Shown here piece by piece: positions 21,436 through 31,399 of a stretch of 64,000 nt of DNA. A model generated the notes under the pieces. That model was not told the DNA's origin. It saw only the letters and a program-made list of their open reading frames with translations, and did no database searches. Numbering within the stretch: position 1 is the stretch's first letter; each line of letters begins with the position of its first letter. Source of the stretch: an uncultured Candidatus Entotheonella sp. Lineage in GTDB: Bacteria > Tectomicrobia > Entotheonellia > Entotheonellales > Entotheonellaceae. Position numbers and translations under genes: made by a program. The DNA lies in the NCBI GenBank assembly GCA_965217185.1, contig OZ244252.1:896001-960000 (forward strand), given 5' to 3'.

Positions 21436-21484
21436 CTGCTTCTACGATTCGTGTACATGACATCTTGTACAGGAGAGCAATCCC

Positions 21485-21742
21485 ATGCGTACAACGACGC
21501 TTCGCAAGGTTGGCGGTTCGGTTATGCTGGCGGTGCCACCGGCTTTTCTCGATCTGCTGCATCTGCGGGCAGGCGCCACGGTCGGCATCGGCGTGGAAGG
21601 GAATCGCCTGGTGGTTGAAGCAAGTCCGCGGCCACGCTATCGCCTGGATGACCTTCTCGACCAATGTGGCACGGCAGGCGAGATAAACGCTGAAGACCGG
21701 GAATGGCTTGATGCCAAGCCGGTCGGCGATGAACTGCTGTAA
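21485..21742 (+). CDS. AbrB/MazE-family antitoxin (PemI/ChpS-like)
   Basis: TTLRKVGGSVMLAVP...RPRYRLDDLLDQC...DREWLD. Confidence 0.9.
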   Translation: MRTTTLRKVGGSVMLAVPPAFLDLLHLRAGATVGIGVEGNRLVVEASPRPRYRLDDLLDQCGTAGEINAEDREWLDAKPVGDELL

Positions 21743-22074
21743 TGGAGCGCGGCGATATTTTTCTGGTATCCCTGGACCCGACTTCCGGGCATGAACAACA
21801 GGGCCAACGGCCTGTGCTGATTGTGTCGCCGGGGCGCTTCAATCGGCTGACAGGCGCGCCGGTTGTGTTGCCGATTACCCGTCGTGGCGCGTTCGTCCGT
21901 ATGGCTGGTTTTGCCGTGTCGCTTGAGGGGGCGGGAATACGGACAACCGGTATGATTCGGTGCGATCAACCCTGTGCCCTTGATCTTGCCTCACGTCATG
22001 CGCGCCTGCTGGAGCGTGTTCCGGCTGCGCTCATGGAGGAGGTGCTGGCGAGGGTCGTCACACTTTTCGAGTGA
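21742..22074 (+). CDS. MazF/PemK-family toxin
   Basis: MERGDIFLVSLDPTSGHEQQGQRPVLIVSP...CDQ. Confidence 0.92.
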   Translation: MERGDIFLVSLDPTSGHEQQGQRPVLIVSPGRFNRLTGAPVVLPITRRGAFVRMAGFAVSLEGAGIRTTGMIRCDQPCALDLASRHARLLERVPAALMEEVLARVVTLFE

Positions 22075-22111
22075 GCAGCCTGTTCCATTCATCAGGCTGT
22101 GGAGGAACAAG

Positions 22112-24520
22112 ATGTCGCAAGGGTTGCTGCCCGGTGTCAGGGTGCTGGAACTTGGTGGGAGGATCAGCACGTCCTATTGCGGCAAGATACTGGCCCTCAT
22201 GGGCGCCGAGGTCATCAAGCTGGAGCCGCCCGCAGGCGATGCAGCGCGGCGTGCCGGGCCGTTTCCGGGTGAGTTGCCGCACGCCGAGAAGAGCGGCCTG
22301 TTTCTGGCGCTGAACCTGAACAAGTACGGCATCACCCTGGACCTGACGCTGGCGAAAGACCGGCAGCGGCTCAGAGACTTGGCGGGTACCGCCACCGTCG
22401 TCATCCAAGACCTTCCGCATGGCAGGCTCGCCGGGTCGGAGCTGGACGACGAGACGCTGAGACAGGACAACCCCGGCCTGATCCTCACCTCCATCTCCCC
22501 TTTCGGCTCTTGGGGTCCCTACGAACATTTCAAGGCATCTGATCTGGTTCTGTTCCACATGAGCGGCCAGGCACCCGGTATGCTGGGGCCGGTGGCGGAC
22601 GGCGACGCGCTGCCGCCGATTCGCGCCGGCGGGCATCAGGCCGAATTCGCGGCCGGTCTGGCCGCGGCCACGGCGACCTTGATGGCCCTGTACCGCCGCC
22701 GGCTGACCGGCGCGGGTTGTCATGTCGAGGTGTCGGCGTTTGAAGCCATGGTCACGCAATTGATCAGCGCCTTGGCCAACTGCGCCTTCGACAAGCCACC
22801 GCCGCCGCGGGTTGTGCCGGACAGCAAGGATTCTGAGGCCACAGCCCCGGTCGTTTCGGTGGGCGGGGTGCTGCCGTGCCGCGACGGTTACGTCGCCATC
22901 TCGCCGCGCGAGGACGCGCAATGGGCGCGCTGGGTCGAACTGATGGGCCGTCCGGCGTGGGCCGAGGAACCGCGTTTCCAAACCCGCGAGGGCCGAGAGC
23001 GGCATTTCCGGCAGCTATGGGAGCTTGTGGGGCAGTGGACCCGATCCCACGCCAAGCACGACGTCGCCCGCTGGGGGCAGGAACGCCGCATCCCCTGCTT
23101 TCCAGTCAATACGGTGCGAGATTTGTTCAACGACGCCCATCTGAAATTCCGCGGATTTTTCAACGACGTCGAACATCCGATTGCCGGACGCCTGACGTAT
23201 CCCGGCGTGCCGTACCGGTTTTCCCATCTGACGCTGCCGTTGACCGCCCGTCCGGCGCCGCGGTTGGGCGAACATAACGAGCGTTTTCTGGGTCAATCCC
23301 CCACCCCGGCGCCTGCCCCAAGCAAAGACCGCGCGGATGAGCCGTCGTCAAACCGGCTGCCGCTGCACGGCGTCAGAGTGGTCGACCTGAGCTGGATCAT
23401 TGCCGGTCCGACCGCGGCACGCTTCCTGGCCATGATGGGCGCCGAGGTCATCAAGGTCGGCAGCGCCAGACGCCCGGACCCGTCGATCCGCGGCGCTCCC
23501 TTTCAGACCTACAATCAATCAAAACGCTCCTGTGCCCTGAACATCGCCACGCCCGCCGGACTGCGCCTCGCCAAGCAATTGATTGGGCTGAGCGACGTGG
23601 TCATCGAGAACTTCGCCGCCGGCGTCATCGAGCGCCTGGGGCTGGGCTACGACGTGCTCCGGGCGATCAAGCCCGACCTCATCATGGTGTCGTCGTCGGG
23701 CACCGGGCACAGCGGTCCGGACAAGGACTACGTGGCCTACGGCAGCCTCCTGCAATACTATACGGGCTGGAATTCCATCTCCGGCTATCCCGATGGCGAA
23801 CCCATCAAGGGCGGGCTGTGGGCCGACCCGTGGGTAGGGTTGGAACTGGCGATGGTAACCGCGGCGGCGCTCCATCACCGCGCCGTGACCGGCGAGGCGC
23901 AGTACGTGGACTATTCGATGGCGGAAGCCCTGACGGCCTGCCTGCCCGAGGCGCTGCTTGATTTCCAGATGAACGCCCGCGAGCGGCGGCCGATGGCCAA
24001 CGCCGATGACGTTTACGTTCCCCACAACGTGTATCGCTGCAAGGGGCCGGACCGCTGGATTGCCATCACCGTGACGCATGACGCGGAATGGCGGGCACTG
24101 TGCGGGGTCATCGAGCGTCCCGACTTGGCCGCGGTGCCGGGCCTTGCCACCGCCGCGGGCCGCAAGACGCATCAGGACGACATCGACGCGGCCGTCACGG
24201 CGTGGACGAAGGGCCAGGACGACTACGGGGCGATGCACCGCTTGCAACAAGCCGGCGTGCCGGCGGGGCCGTCCCTGGAACCGTCGCGGCTCTTCCACGA
24301 TCCGCATCTGCGTCAGGGCGGCTATTTTACCCGCCTGCAGACCCACGACGGCATCTGGCGGGACTTGCCGGGCATCGGCTGGCGCTTCGACGGCGGCCCG
24401 GCGCCTTACTTGGCCGCGGCACCCGTTCTGGGGCAGGACAACGACGCCATTTATCGAGATCTCTTGGGGTTGTCCGAGGCGGAAATCGCCCGGCTGATGG
24501 AAGAACACGTTATCTATTGA
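22112..24520 (+). CDS. Double-domain CaiB/BaiF family III CoA-transferase
   Basis: LPGVRVLEL...MGAEVIKLEP and a second LHGVRVVDL...MGAEVIKVG; APRLGEHN and APVLGQDN. Confidence 0.9.
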   Translation: MSQGLLPGVRVLELGGRISTSYCGKILALMGAEVIKLEPPAGDAARRAGPFPGELPHAEKSGLFLALNLNKYGITLDLTLAKDRQRLRDLAGTATVVIQDLPHGRLAGSELDDETLRQDNPGLILTSISPFGSWGPYEHFKASDLVLFHMSGQAPGMLGPVADGDALPPIRAGGHQAEFAAGLAAATATLMALYRRRLTGAGCHVEVSAFEAMVTQLISALANCAFDKPPPPRVVPDSKDSEATAPVVSVGGVLPCRDGYVAISPREDAQWARWVELMGRPAWAEEPRFQTREGRERHFRQLWELVGQWTRSHAKHDVARWGQERRIPCFPVNTVRDLFNDAHLKFRGFFNDVEHPIAGRLTYPGVPYRFSHLTLPLTARPAPRLGEHNERFLGQSPTPAPAPSKDRADEPSSNRLPLHGVRVVDLSWIIAGPTAARFLAMMGAEVIKVGSARRPDPSIRGAPFQTYNQSKRSCALNIATPAGLRLAKQLIGLSDVVIENFAAGVIERLGLGYDVLRAIKPDLIMVSSSGTGHSGPDKDYVAYGSLLQYYTGWNSISGYPDGEPIKGGLWADPWVGLELAMVTAAALHHRAVTGEAQYVDYSMAEALTACLPEALLDFQMNARERRPMANADDVYVPHNVYRCKGPDRWIAITVTHDAEWRALCGVIERPDLAAVPGLATAAGRKTHQDDIDAAVTAWTKGQDDYGAMHRLQQAGVPAGPSLEPSRLFHDPHLRQGGYFTRLQTHDGIWRDLPGIGWRFDGGPAPYLAAAPVLGQDNDAIYRDLLGLSEAEIARLMEEHVIY

Positions 24521-24537
24521 AACGGAGCGGCACCCAC

Positions 24538-25455
24538 ATGACCGTCAATTACGAGAAAAAAGCCCATATCGCAACTATCACCATCAACAACCCCGACAAG
24601 GGCAACATTCTCGACCGCCAGACCTCGGCCGACATCGCCGCGGTTTGGCAGGAGGTGTGGGACGACGACGACGTGCGCGTGGTCATCCTCACCGGCGCCG
24701 GCGAGCGGCACTTCTGCGCCGGCCACAACCTGGCAACGCGGCCCGACATCACGCCGGAGGAGCGCGAGCGGGTGCGTGCCGAGAACATCTTCTGGCCGCC
24801 CTCGGGAACGGTCAACGGTGCCAAGATAGGCGCCGATGGCCGTCTCGGCGACCACTATCCGCAGATCTGGAAACCCGTCATCGGCGCCATCAACGGCTGG
24901 GCGGCTGGTGCCGGTTTCTATCTGATGCTGACCTCCACAGACATCCGCCTCGCCTGCGCCGAGCACGCCAGGTTCAAATTCGCGCTGCTGAGCCAGGGCT
25001 GGGTCGGCAATGGTCCCGGAGCCACTTACCTCACGCGCCAGATTGCCTACGCCGACGCCATGCGCATCCTGCTCACCGATGAGCCGTTCGACGCCCACGA
25101 GGCCCTGCGCATCAACCTGATCAACGAGGTGGTTGCCCACGACCGCCTGATGGAACGGGCCGAGGAAATCGCCCGCCACGTCGCCGCCCTGCCGCCGGTG
25201 GCCGTGCGCATGATGAAGGAATTCGCCATCCGATTCCGCGACATGCCCGTCACCGAGGCGTGGCGCGTCCAGACCCTGATGAACACCCTGCTGACCCAGC
25301 TCACCACCGACGGCGACGAAGGCCGTCAAGCCTTCCTCGAAAAACGCCCGCCCCAATTCACCGGCGGCCTGCGCCAAAAAGGCGAGCCGTTTCCCGACGT
25401 CGATGCCGAGCAACGCGCCCGTCTCGACGAGGTGCGGCGCGAATTGTTGGGGTGA
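24538..25455 (+). CDS. Enoyl-CoA hydratase/isomerase (crotonase) family
   Basis: VVILTGAGERHFCAGHNL, KPVIGAINGWAAGAG, AFLEKRPPQF. Confidence 0.88.
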   Translation: MTVNYEKKAHIATITINNPDKGNILDRQTSADIAAVWQEVWDDDDVRVVILTGAGERHFCAGHNLATRPDITPEERERVRAENIFWPPSGTVNGAKIGADGRLGDHYPQIWKPVIGAINGWAAGAGFYLMLTSTDIRLACAEHARFKFALLSQGWVGNGPGATYLTRQIAYADAMRILLTDEPFDAHEALRINLINEVVAHDRLMERAEEIARHVAALPPVAVRMMKEFAIRFRDMPVTEAWRVQTLMNTLLTQLTTDGDEGRQAFLEKRPPQFTGGLRQKGEPFPDVDAEQRARLDEVRRELLG

Positions 25456-25477
25456 GAGCAGGGAAAGAGGAGATCGC

Positions 25478-27838
25478 GTGCCACTGAACGAAGCCGACAC
25501 CTGCCGCAGGTTCGTCGTCCCCAAGCTCCAGGCCGCCGGCTGGGATACCCCGCCGCACGCCATCAACGAGCAGCGTACCCTGACCGACGGGCGCGTCCTC
25601 TTTGCCGGCGGCACGGCCCGGCGCGGCCGGCAGAAACGCGCCGATTACCTGTTGCGCTACCGACCCGACTTCCCAATCGCTGTGGTCGAAGCCAAGGCGC
25701 GCTACAAACACGCCGCCGAGGGGCTGCAACAGGCCAAGCAGTACGCCGAGATGCTCGGCCTCGCCTTCGCCTACGCCACCAACGGCGAGGGTATCGTCGA
25801 GGTTGACTACACCACGGGCGTCGAGCGCTCCATCGCCGAGTTTCCCACCCCCGACGAACTATGGCGGCGGTTGCGGGCCGTCGAGAACCTGGACGACGCG
25901 GCAGCGGAGAAGCTGCTCACCCCGGCGTATCCCGACCGCACCAAGCCGCTCCGCTACTATCAGGAAATCGCCGTGCACCGCGCCGTGCAGGCCGTCTTGC
26001 AAGGCCGCCGCCGCATGTTGCTGACGTTGTGCACCGGTTCGGGAAAGACGGCGATTGCCTTCCAGATCTGCTGGAAGCTGTGGTCTGCGCGCTGGAACGC
26101 CAAGCACACAGGCCGAAGGCCGAAAATACTTTTCTTGTCCGACCGCAACTTTCTGGTGGACGACCCCATGGCCAAGGACTTCAGCCCGTTCGGCGACGCG
26201 CGGCATAAAATCACCGCCGGGCGGGCGGTTACGAGCCGCGACATGTACTTCGCCATCTACCAGGCCATCGCCCACGACGAGAACCGGCCCGGCCTGTACA
26301 AGGAATATCCGCGCGACTTTTTCGATCTGGTCATTGTCGACGAATGCCACCGCGGCAGCGCGCGGGACGACAGCAACTGGCGCGACATCCTGGAATGGTT
26401 CGCGCCGGCCACGCAGGTCGGCATGACGGCCACGCCGCGGCGCGAGGACAACATCGACACCTACGACTATTTCGGCGACCCGCTCTACGAATACAGCTTG
26501 GCGCAAGGCATCGACGATGGTTTCCTGGCGCCCTACCGCGTGCACCGGGTCATTACCGACACCGACGCCTCCGGCTGGCGGCCCAACAAGGGGGAACTGG
26601 ACCGCTACGGCCGGGAGATTCCAGACAAGGAATACACCACCGGAGACTTCGAACACATCGTGGCGCTGCGGGCGCGCACCCAGGCCATTGCACGCCACCT
26701 GACCGACTTTCTCAAGCAGACCGATCGCTTCGCCAAGACCATCATTTTTTGTGTCAATCAGGAACACGCGCTGGAAATGCGCCTCGCCCTCGCCAGCCTC
26801 AACGCCGACTTGGTGCGGCAGTACCCGGACTACGTGTGCCGGGTCACCGCCGACGAGGGCGACGTCGGGGCGGCCCACCGCGCCCGCTTCCAGGACGTGG
26901 AAACCCGCACCCCGGCCATCCTGACCACCTCGCACTTGCTTACCACAGGGGTTGACGCGCCGACCTGCAAAAACGTCGTCCTGATCCGCACCGTTGGCTC
27001 CATGCCCGAATTCAAGCAGATCATCGGGCGCGGCACCCGGCTGCGGCCCGATTACGGCAAGCTGGCCTTCAACATCATCGACTACACGGGCACCGCCACC
27101 GAGAAATTCGCCGATCCTAACTTCGACGGCCAGCCGCTCGATACCCGTAAGGAAACCCTCAGCCTCGAAGGCCAAGTGCTGCAGACGGAAGTCCACGACC
27201 CGCCTGATGAGACGGGCTACGCGGCGGTCCCGGAAGACCCACCGGAGGACTCAGCCGACGACCTGCCACGCAAATTCTACGTGGACGGCGGCGAGGTCGA
27301 AATCATTCGTCACTTGGTCTACGAACTCGACCCCGAGGGAAAGAAGCTCGCCTGCCGGCGGCTGACCGATTACACCGGCGACAAGGTTCGGACCCTGTAC
27401 CCGAACGCCCCTGCTCTTCGTCGAGACTGGCTCGATACCGACCGCCGTGCCGGGATTGTCGAACAGCTTGCGGAGCGCGGCATCGACCTGGAAACGCTGG
27501 CGCAGACGGCCGGCAACCCCGAAGCTGACGCCTTCGACCTCTTGTGCCATCTGGCCTACAACGCCCCGTTGCGCACCCGGCGGGAACGCGCCGACCGCGT
27601 GAAGCGTGAGGAAAACGACTTCTTCGCCCGCTTCGGACCCGAGGCACGCGCCGTGCTGGACGCCCTGATCGAGAAATACGCCGAACACGGCAGCGCCCAA
27701 TTCAAGCTGCCGGACGTCCTGGAAGTGCCGCCCTTCAACGGGTGGGGCAACGTCGTTGAACTCGCGTCGCGCTTCGGCGGCAGCCACCGTCTGCGGGAGG
27801 CTGTAAACGACTTGCAGCGCTTGATTTACGCCGCTTAG
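25478..27838 (+). CDS. hsdR: Type I restriction enzyme R subunit (EcoEI/EcoAI-like)
   Basis: RADYLL...PIAVVEAK nuclease motif, TGSGKT, DECHR, QIIGRGTR, EcoEI_R_C-like tail. Confidence 0.92.
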   Translation: MPLNEADTCRRFVVPKLQAAGWDTPPHAINEQRTLTDGRVLFAGGTARRGRQKRADYLLRYRPDFPIAVVEAKARYKHAAEGLQQAKQYAEMLGLAFAYATNGEGIVEVDYTTGVERSIAEFPTPDELWRRLRAVENLDDAAAEKLLTPAYPDRTKPLRYYQEIAVHRAVQAVLQGRRRMLLTLCTGSGKTAIAFQICWKLWSARWNAKHTGRRPKILFLSDRNFLVDDPMAKDFSPFGDARHKITAGRAVTSRDMYFAIYQAIAHDENRPGLYKEYPRDFFDLVIVDECHRGSARDDSNWRDILEWFAPATQVGMTATPRREDNIDTYDYFGDPLYEYSLAQGIDDGFLAPYRVHRVITDTDASGWRPNKGELDRYGREIPDKEYTTGDFEHIVALRARTQAIARHLTDFLKQTDRFAKTIIFCVNQEHALEMRLALASLNADLVRQYPDYVCRVTADEGDVGAAHRARFQDVETRTPAILTTSHLLTTGVDAPTCKNVVLIRTVGSMPEFKQIIGRGTRLRPDYGKLAFNIIDYTGTATEKFADPNFDGQPLDTRKETLSLEGQVLQTEVHDPPDETGYAAVPEDPPEDSADDLPRKFYVDGGEVEIIRHLVYELDPEGKKLACRRLTDYTGDKVRTLYPNAPALRRDWLDTDRRAGIVEQLAERGIDLETLAQTAGNPEADAFDLLCHLAYNAPLRTRRERADRVKREENDFFARFGPEARAVLDALIEKYAEHGSAQFKLPDVLEVPPFNGWGNVVELASRFGGSHRLREAVNDLQRLIYAA

Positions 27839-27846
27839 GAGGAGAG

Positions 27847-27992
27847 CCTGGGAGCGCGGGCATCCTGCCCGCGTGGTTCAGTGGATAGGGGCTGGCCAAC
27901 CCTTATACCGGTGCGTGGCCGTGCATACCCCCCACCGGCTCGCCTGCGGGCTACGCCCTTGTTTCGCCGACTCCCCCTCAAGGGGTGAGTGA
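27847..27992. repeat. Cluster of REP-like palindromes
   Basis: GGAGCGCGGGCATCCTGCCCGC hairpin, then CCCCCCACCGGCTCG...ACTCCCCCTCAAGGGGTGAGT. Confidence 0.5.
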
Positions 27993-27997
27993 TTTAC

Positions 27998-29305
27998 GGT
28001 ACAAACCGGTAACATCCTTTACACATTAAACCGGGAACATGGTTTACGTTTAAGGTATCGGGCGAAGGAGGATTCGCCGATGCCTTGGAAAGAGACGTGT
28101 ACCATGGACCAACGCATTCAGTTTATCGCCGACTACTTGAGCGGTTGCTACACCAAGAGAGACCTGTGCATGCACTATGGCATCAGCCGACCCACTGGCG
28201 ACAAGTGGATTGAGCGCTATCACAGCCGTGGCCCCGAGGGACTCCATGACCTTTCACGAAGACCCCATCGACACCCTGACACCACCGCACCCGAGATTGC
28301 CGAGCGCATCGTGCAGATGAAGCTCGCCCATCTCAGCTTCGGACCCAAGAAGGTCATGGATCGACTCCGCGCTCTGGAGCCCGACAATCCCTGGCCAGCC
28401 GACAGCACCGCCGCCGACATCCTCAAGCGAAACGGCCTGGTCAGGCAAAGGCGCAAGCGCCGCCGCGTGCCGCCGGACCCGCACGCCCTGGTCACCTGCA
28501 GCGCCCCGGCGCAGAGCTGGAGCGCTGACTTCAAGGGCGACTTCCGACTCGGCGGCGGCCAACGCTGCTACCCCCTGACCATCACCGACAATCACAGCCG
28601 CTTTATCTTGCAGTGCCGCGCTCTGAGCCGCATGACCACGGCTGCCGTCAAGCCCTGGTTCGAGTGGGTGTTTCGGGAGTATGGCCTGCCCGAGACCCTG
28701 CGCACCGACAACGGCGCACCCTTTGCCTCGCTGGCCGCCGGTGGCCTCAGCCAACTCTCAAAGTGGTGGGTGCGCCTGGGTATTCGTCCGGAGCGCATTC
28801 GACCGGCCACGCCCAGCGAAAACGGTCGCCATGAACGCATGCATCGCTCGCTCAAGGAAGCGGTGATCAATCCGGCAGCCAGTAGCTTTGCGGCGCAGCA
28901 GAGGCGCTTCGACGCTTTTGTCGAGGAGTTCAACTGGCAGCGTTCTCACGAAGCCCTTGGGCGCCTGACGCCAGGCAGTGTGCATGAGGTCTCGCGGCGT
29001 CCCTATCGCGCCAAGCTGCCGGCGGTTGAGTACGACCGTGGTGTCACCGTGCGGCGGGTGCGGCGCACGGGTGAGTTCAAATGGCGAGGGCGGCTGATCT
29101 ATCTCTCGGCGGTGCTGGCCAAGGAACCCATCGGTCTGGTTGCTTGTGACAACGACTGCTGGGAGATTCGCTACAGCTTCCATCTTCTGGGTGTCCTGAA
29201 TGACCGTACCCATACGATTACCCATGCCCGACAGTGGCATCAACGTGAGTCAACCGTGTAAACCGTGTTCCCGGTCTATTTTGTAAACGATGTTCGGCTT
29301 GCACA
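27998..29305 (+). mobile_element. IS481-family insertion sequence
   Basis: About 50-bp imperfect terminal IRs with two internal repeats: left GGTACAAACCGGTAACATCCTTTACA...CCGGGAACATGGTTTAC, right reverse-complement TGTGCAAGCCGAACATCGTTTACA...CCGGGAACACGGTTTAC. No clear TSD. Confidence 0.85.
28080..29261 (+). CDS. IS481-family transposase (HTH + rve integrase core)
   Basis: MPWKETCTMDQR, WSADFKG, TDNGAPF, ENGRHERMHR. Confidence 0.93.
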   Translation: MPWKETCTMDQRIQFIADYLSGCYTKRDLCMHYGISRPTGDKWIERYHSRGPEGLHDLSRRPHRHPDTTAPEIAERIVQMKLAHLSFGPKKVMDRLRALEPDNPWPADSTAADILKRNGLVRQRRKRRRVPPDPHALVTCSAPAQSWSADFKGDFRLGGGQRCYPLTITDNHSRFILQCRALSRMTTAAVKPWFEWVFREYGLPETLRTDNGAPFASLAAGGLSQLSKWWVRLGIRPERIRPATPSENGRHERMHRSLKEAVINPAASSFAAQQRRFDAFVEEFNWQRSHEALGRLTPGSVHEVSRRPYRAKLPAVEYDRGVTVRRVRRTGEFKWRGRLIYLSAVLAKEPIGLVACDNDCWEIRYSFHLLGVLNDRTHTITHARQWHQRESTV

Positions 29306-29364
29306 CAGGTTTCTCTAAGTTCCTACGCGGTATCCCCTTTCTTCGCCCGCCATCTTTTTCGTCT

Positions 29365-29493
29365 GCCGATCATCGAATCTGGCAGGATGTCTATTATGTG
29401 CCGTCTGAGGCAGGGACGCTATATGTGAAGTTCACAGCCGATGCTGTGACCGGATTTCTACTCCTGTCGTTTAAGGGAAAAGAAGATGACTGA
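29365..29493 (+). pseudogene. mqsR: MqsR toxin, 3' fragment
   Basis: ADHRIWQDVYY...LYVKFT...LLLSFK. The 5' part is missing next to the IS. Confidence 0.75.
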
Positions 29494-29707
29494 TCCAATA
29501 TGCCCGGAAACCGGTACGCCGATGAAGCGCGGTGTCGCGCCGATGACGATCTCCTACAAGGACCGGTCGGTAACGTTCGAGATGCCCGGCTGGTATTGCG
29601 ACGAATGCGGTGAGAGCATCCATACCGGTGATGATCTGGATGTCTCCGTTCGGGTGCTGGATCGACTCAAGGCCCAGCAAGAAAACCAACCGCTCAATCC
29701 GCTGTGA
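29486..29707 (+). pseudogene. mqsA: MqsA/YgiT-type zinc-ribbon domain lacking the C-terminal HTH
   Basis: ICPETG...PGWYCDECGESI. Stops at 73 aa. Confidence 0.7.
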
Positions 29708-29905
29708 CCGCTAGGCCAACCCTATCTTCTCACTGAGTTTCTCCGGCACGGCCCGGCAACGACGGTCGAGACACTCGTTAAGCCAATATGCGGACGATGC
29801 GCGTCGCAATGCGGGCCATCCGCACAACCCGCTGCAGGTCTGGCTGCCATTCAGTTTGTTGAAAATCCCCTCCGGCCCGCCTACCTCATCCCCGCGGCTG
29901 GTAGA

Positions 29906-30277
29906 TCATGTCAACGCCTCAATCGTCACGGCGCCATTCTCGATCACGTCCATACTGAGACGGTGACCCCTGAGCAATCCCATTCCAACGAGGGGATTGG
30001 TATCGGCCGAGCTCACCGCCACCGTAAGGGCTTGACCGTTCCACGACACCGTTCCAACGTACGCGTCGAACGTGTGCATGCCGCCGTCGGCGAGCAGGGC
30101 TTGACCGCGACCTTTCCAGGGCAGATTCAGTCGCCGGATCAACGCCGGTGGAAGTGTCAGATCACCGGTGAAGCCAGTGTCGATGATGGCGTCGATTTCC
30201 TGCGTCGCGCCAGTAGCAGCGCGCAGGGCCAGTCGAATGATCGCCTCGGAATTCCCGCTTACGGCACCCTTAATCAT
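29906..30277 (-). CDS. Clan AA (retropepsin-like) aspartic protease
   Basis: AIIDTGFTG catalytic motif and PLVGMGLL. Confidence 0.85.
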   Translation of the reverse strand: MIKGAVSGNSEAIIRLALRAATGATQEIDAIIDTGFTGDLTLPPALIRRLNLPWKGRGQALLADGGMHTFDAYVGTVSWNGQALTVAVSSADTNPLVGMGLLRGHRLSMDVIENGAVTIEALT

Positions 30278-30549
30278 GTCAAGCCACTGGCATGCGCAAC
30301 TCCGAACCGGTGTAACGCCCGGTGTCCGATACGGACCAACCACGGTTGCGCAGCCGGACAACGCGCAAAGAGACGTTCGGAGGCGGCAATCGGGTCGTCC
30401 GCTACTTCAAACTCCTCGGTCTCGACGTCAATCGCCACAACCCTGCCGGTGTTGCCTTCTTCCACCTGCGGCCTCACCCGCTTCTCGTAAATCGCCTGAC
30501 CACGCCGGGCGAACTCCTCTTTGCTGTAACGCGGCTGTCTCACTCCCAT
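30274..30549 (-). CDS. Small partner protein of the aspartic protease (DUF5678-like)
   Basis: YSKEEFARRGQAIYE...GRVVAIDVET...WLVRIG. ATGA overlap with the protease. Confidence 0.7.
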   Translation of the reverse strand: MGVRQPRYSKEEFARRGQAIYEKRVRPQVEEGNTGRVVAIDVETEEFEVADDPIAASERLFARCPAAQPWLVRIGHRALHRFGVAHASGLT

Positions 30550-30664
30550 CGTGGTCTCCTTCTTTTGCCTGGCCGGAACTCACCAAATCCCGTTTTGCTG
30601 GATGACGCCCCCACCAGACCACCAACGATTGCGCCGATGATCGACGCGATGATGGGAACGGGGA

Positions 30665-30997
30665 TCATCTTTTGCTCGATGCCTCATCAATGTACCGCCG
30701 AGCCAGTTTCACGAAATCCTCAAGTTCCGGCTCGGTCGTCTTCAAATGCAAGTGCGAGTCCAGAAATTCCTTGCTCATGCCTTCGTTGCGGACGAGCCCG
30801 CCAAATGCTTCGTCCAGGAACGAGGCCGCGAGACCGTCCACGTCGTCGAACGTAACCGCTACCCGCGCGTCGTCCGTCAGGGCGGGGAGCAGCCATTCCT
30901 TGCGGAAAGCGGTTGCGTTATATTCGCCGTCGGCAGGATAGCGGCCGGCAGGATACGCGGAAAAATTGTTGGCGATTGAGATTGTCACCTTGTTCAT
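30665..30997 (-). CDS. STAS-like domain protein (DUF4325-like)
   Basis: FSAYPAGRYPADG...FDDVDGLAASFLDEAFGGL. Confidence 0.75.
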   Translation of the reverse strand: MNKVTISIANNFSAYPAGRYPADGEYNATAFRKEWLLPALTDDARVAVTFDDVDGLAASFLDEAFGGLVRNEGMSKEFLDSHLHLKTTEPELEDFVKLARRYIDEASSKR

Positions 30998-31399
30998 GCG
31001 TGCACCTCGCCCGCTGGATCAACGTTGCGTCTGTGATGGTTGAGCCTATCCTTGCCTGGACGGGTCGGGTTTCTCAAGGACATTCCCTTCATTGGATGTG
31101 GCAGGATGTCTATTATGTGCCGTCTGAGGCAGGGGCGCTACACGTGCAGTCGGGTAGGTGCATATTTCATGGACACCGGCGCCGCGGTTTGAGTTCGATG
31201 AGCGGCGGACCCACTTTCAGGCCACGCTGCCGGCGGTCCTACACCAACCGGTTAACGTCCAAACGAATGCTGGCCGCCACATGGCGGCTTTGTCCGAAAA
31301 GTGTAACCCAGACCGCACCGACCCCAACCGCGCTTTCAATGTGCATGCCTGGGCAGCTACAAAAGACCTGGGAAGCCTGACAAGCGAGGAGTGAAAGCT

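Noticed and set aside
29714..29782. Possible attC (GGCCAAC...GTTAAGC)
   Set aside because: The boxes are poorly complementary and there is no internal L-box stem.
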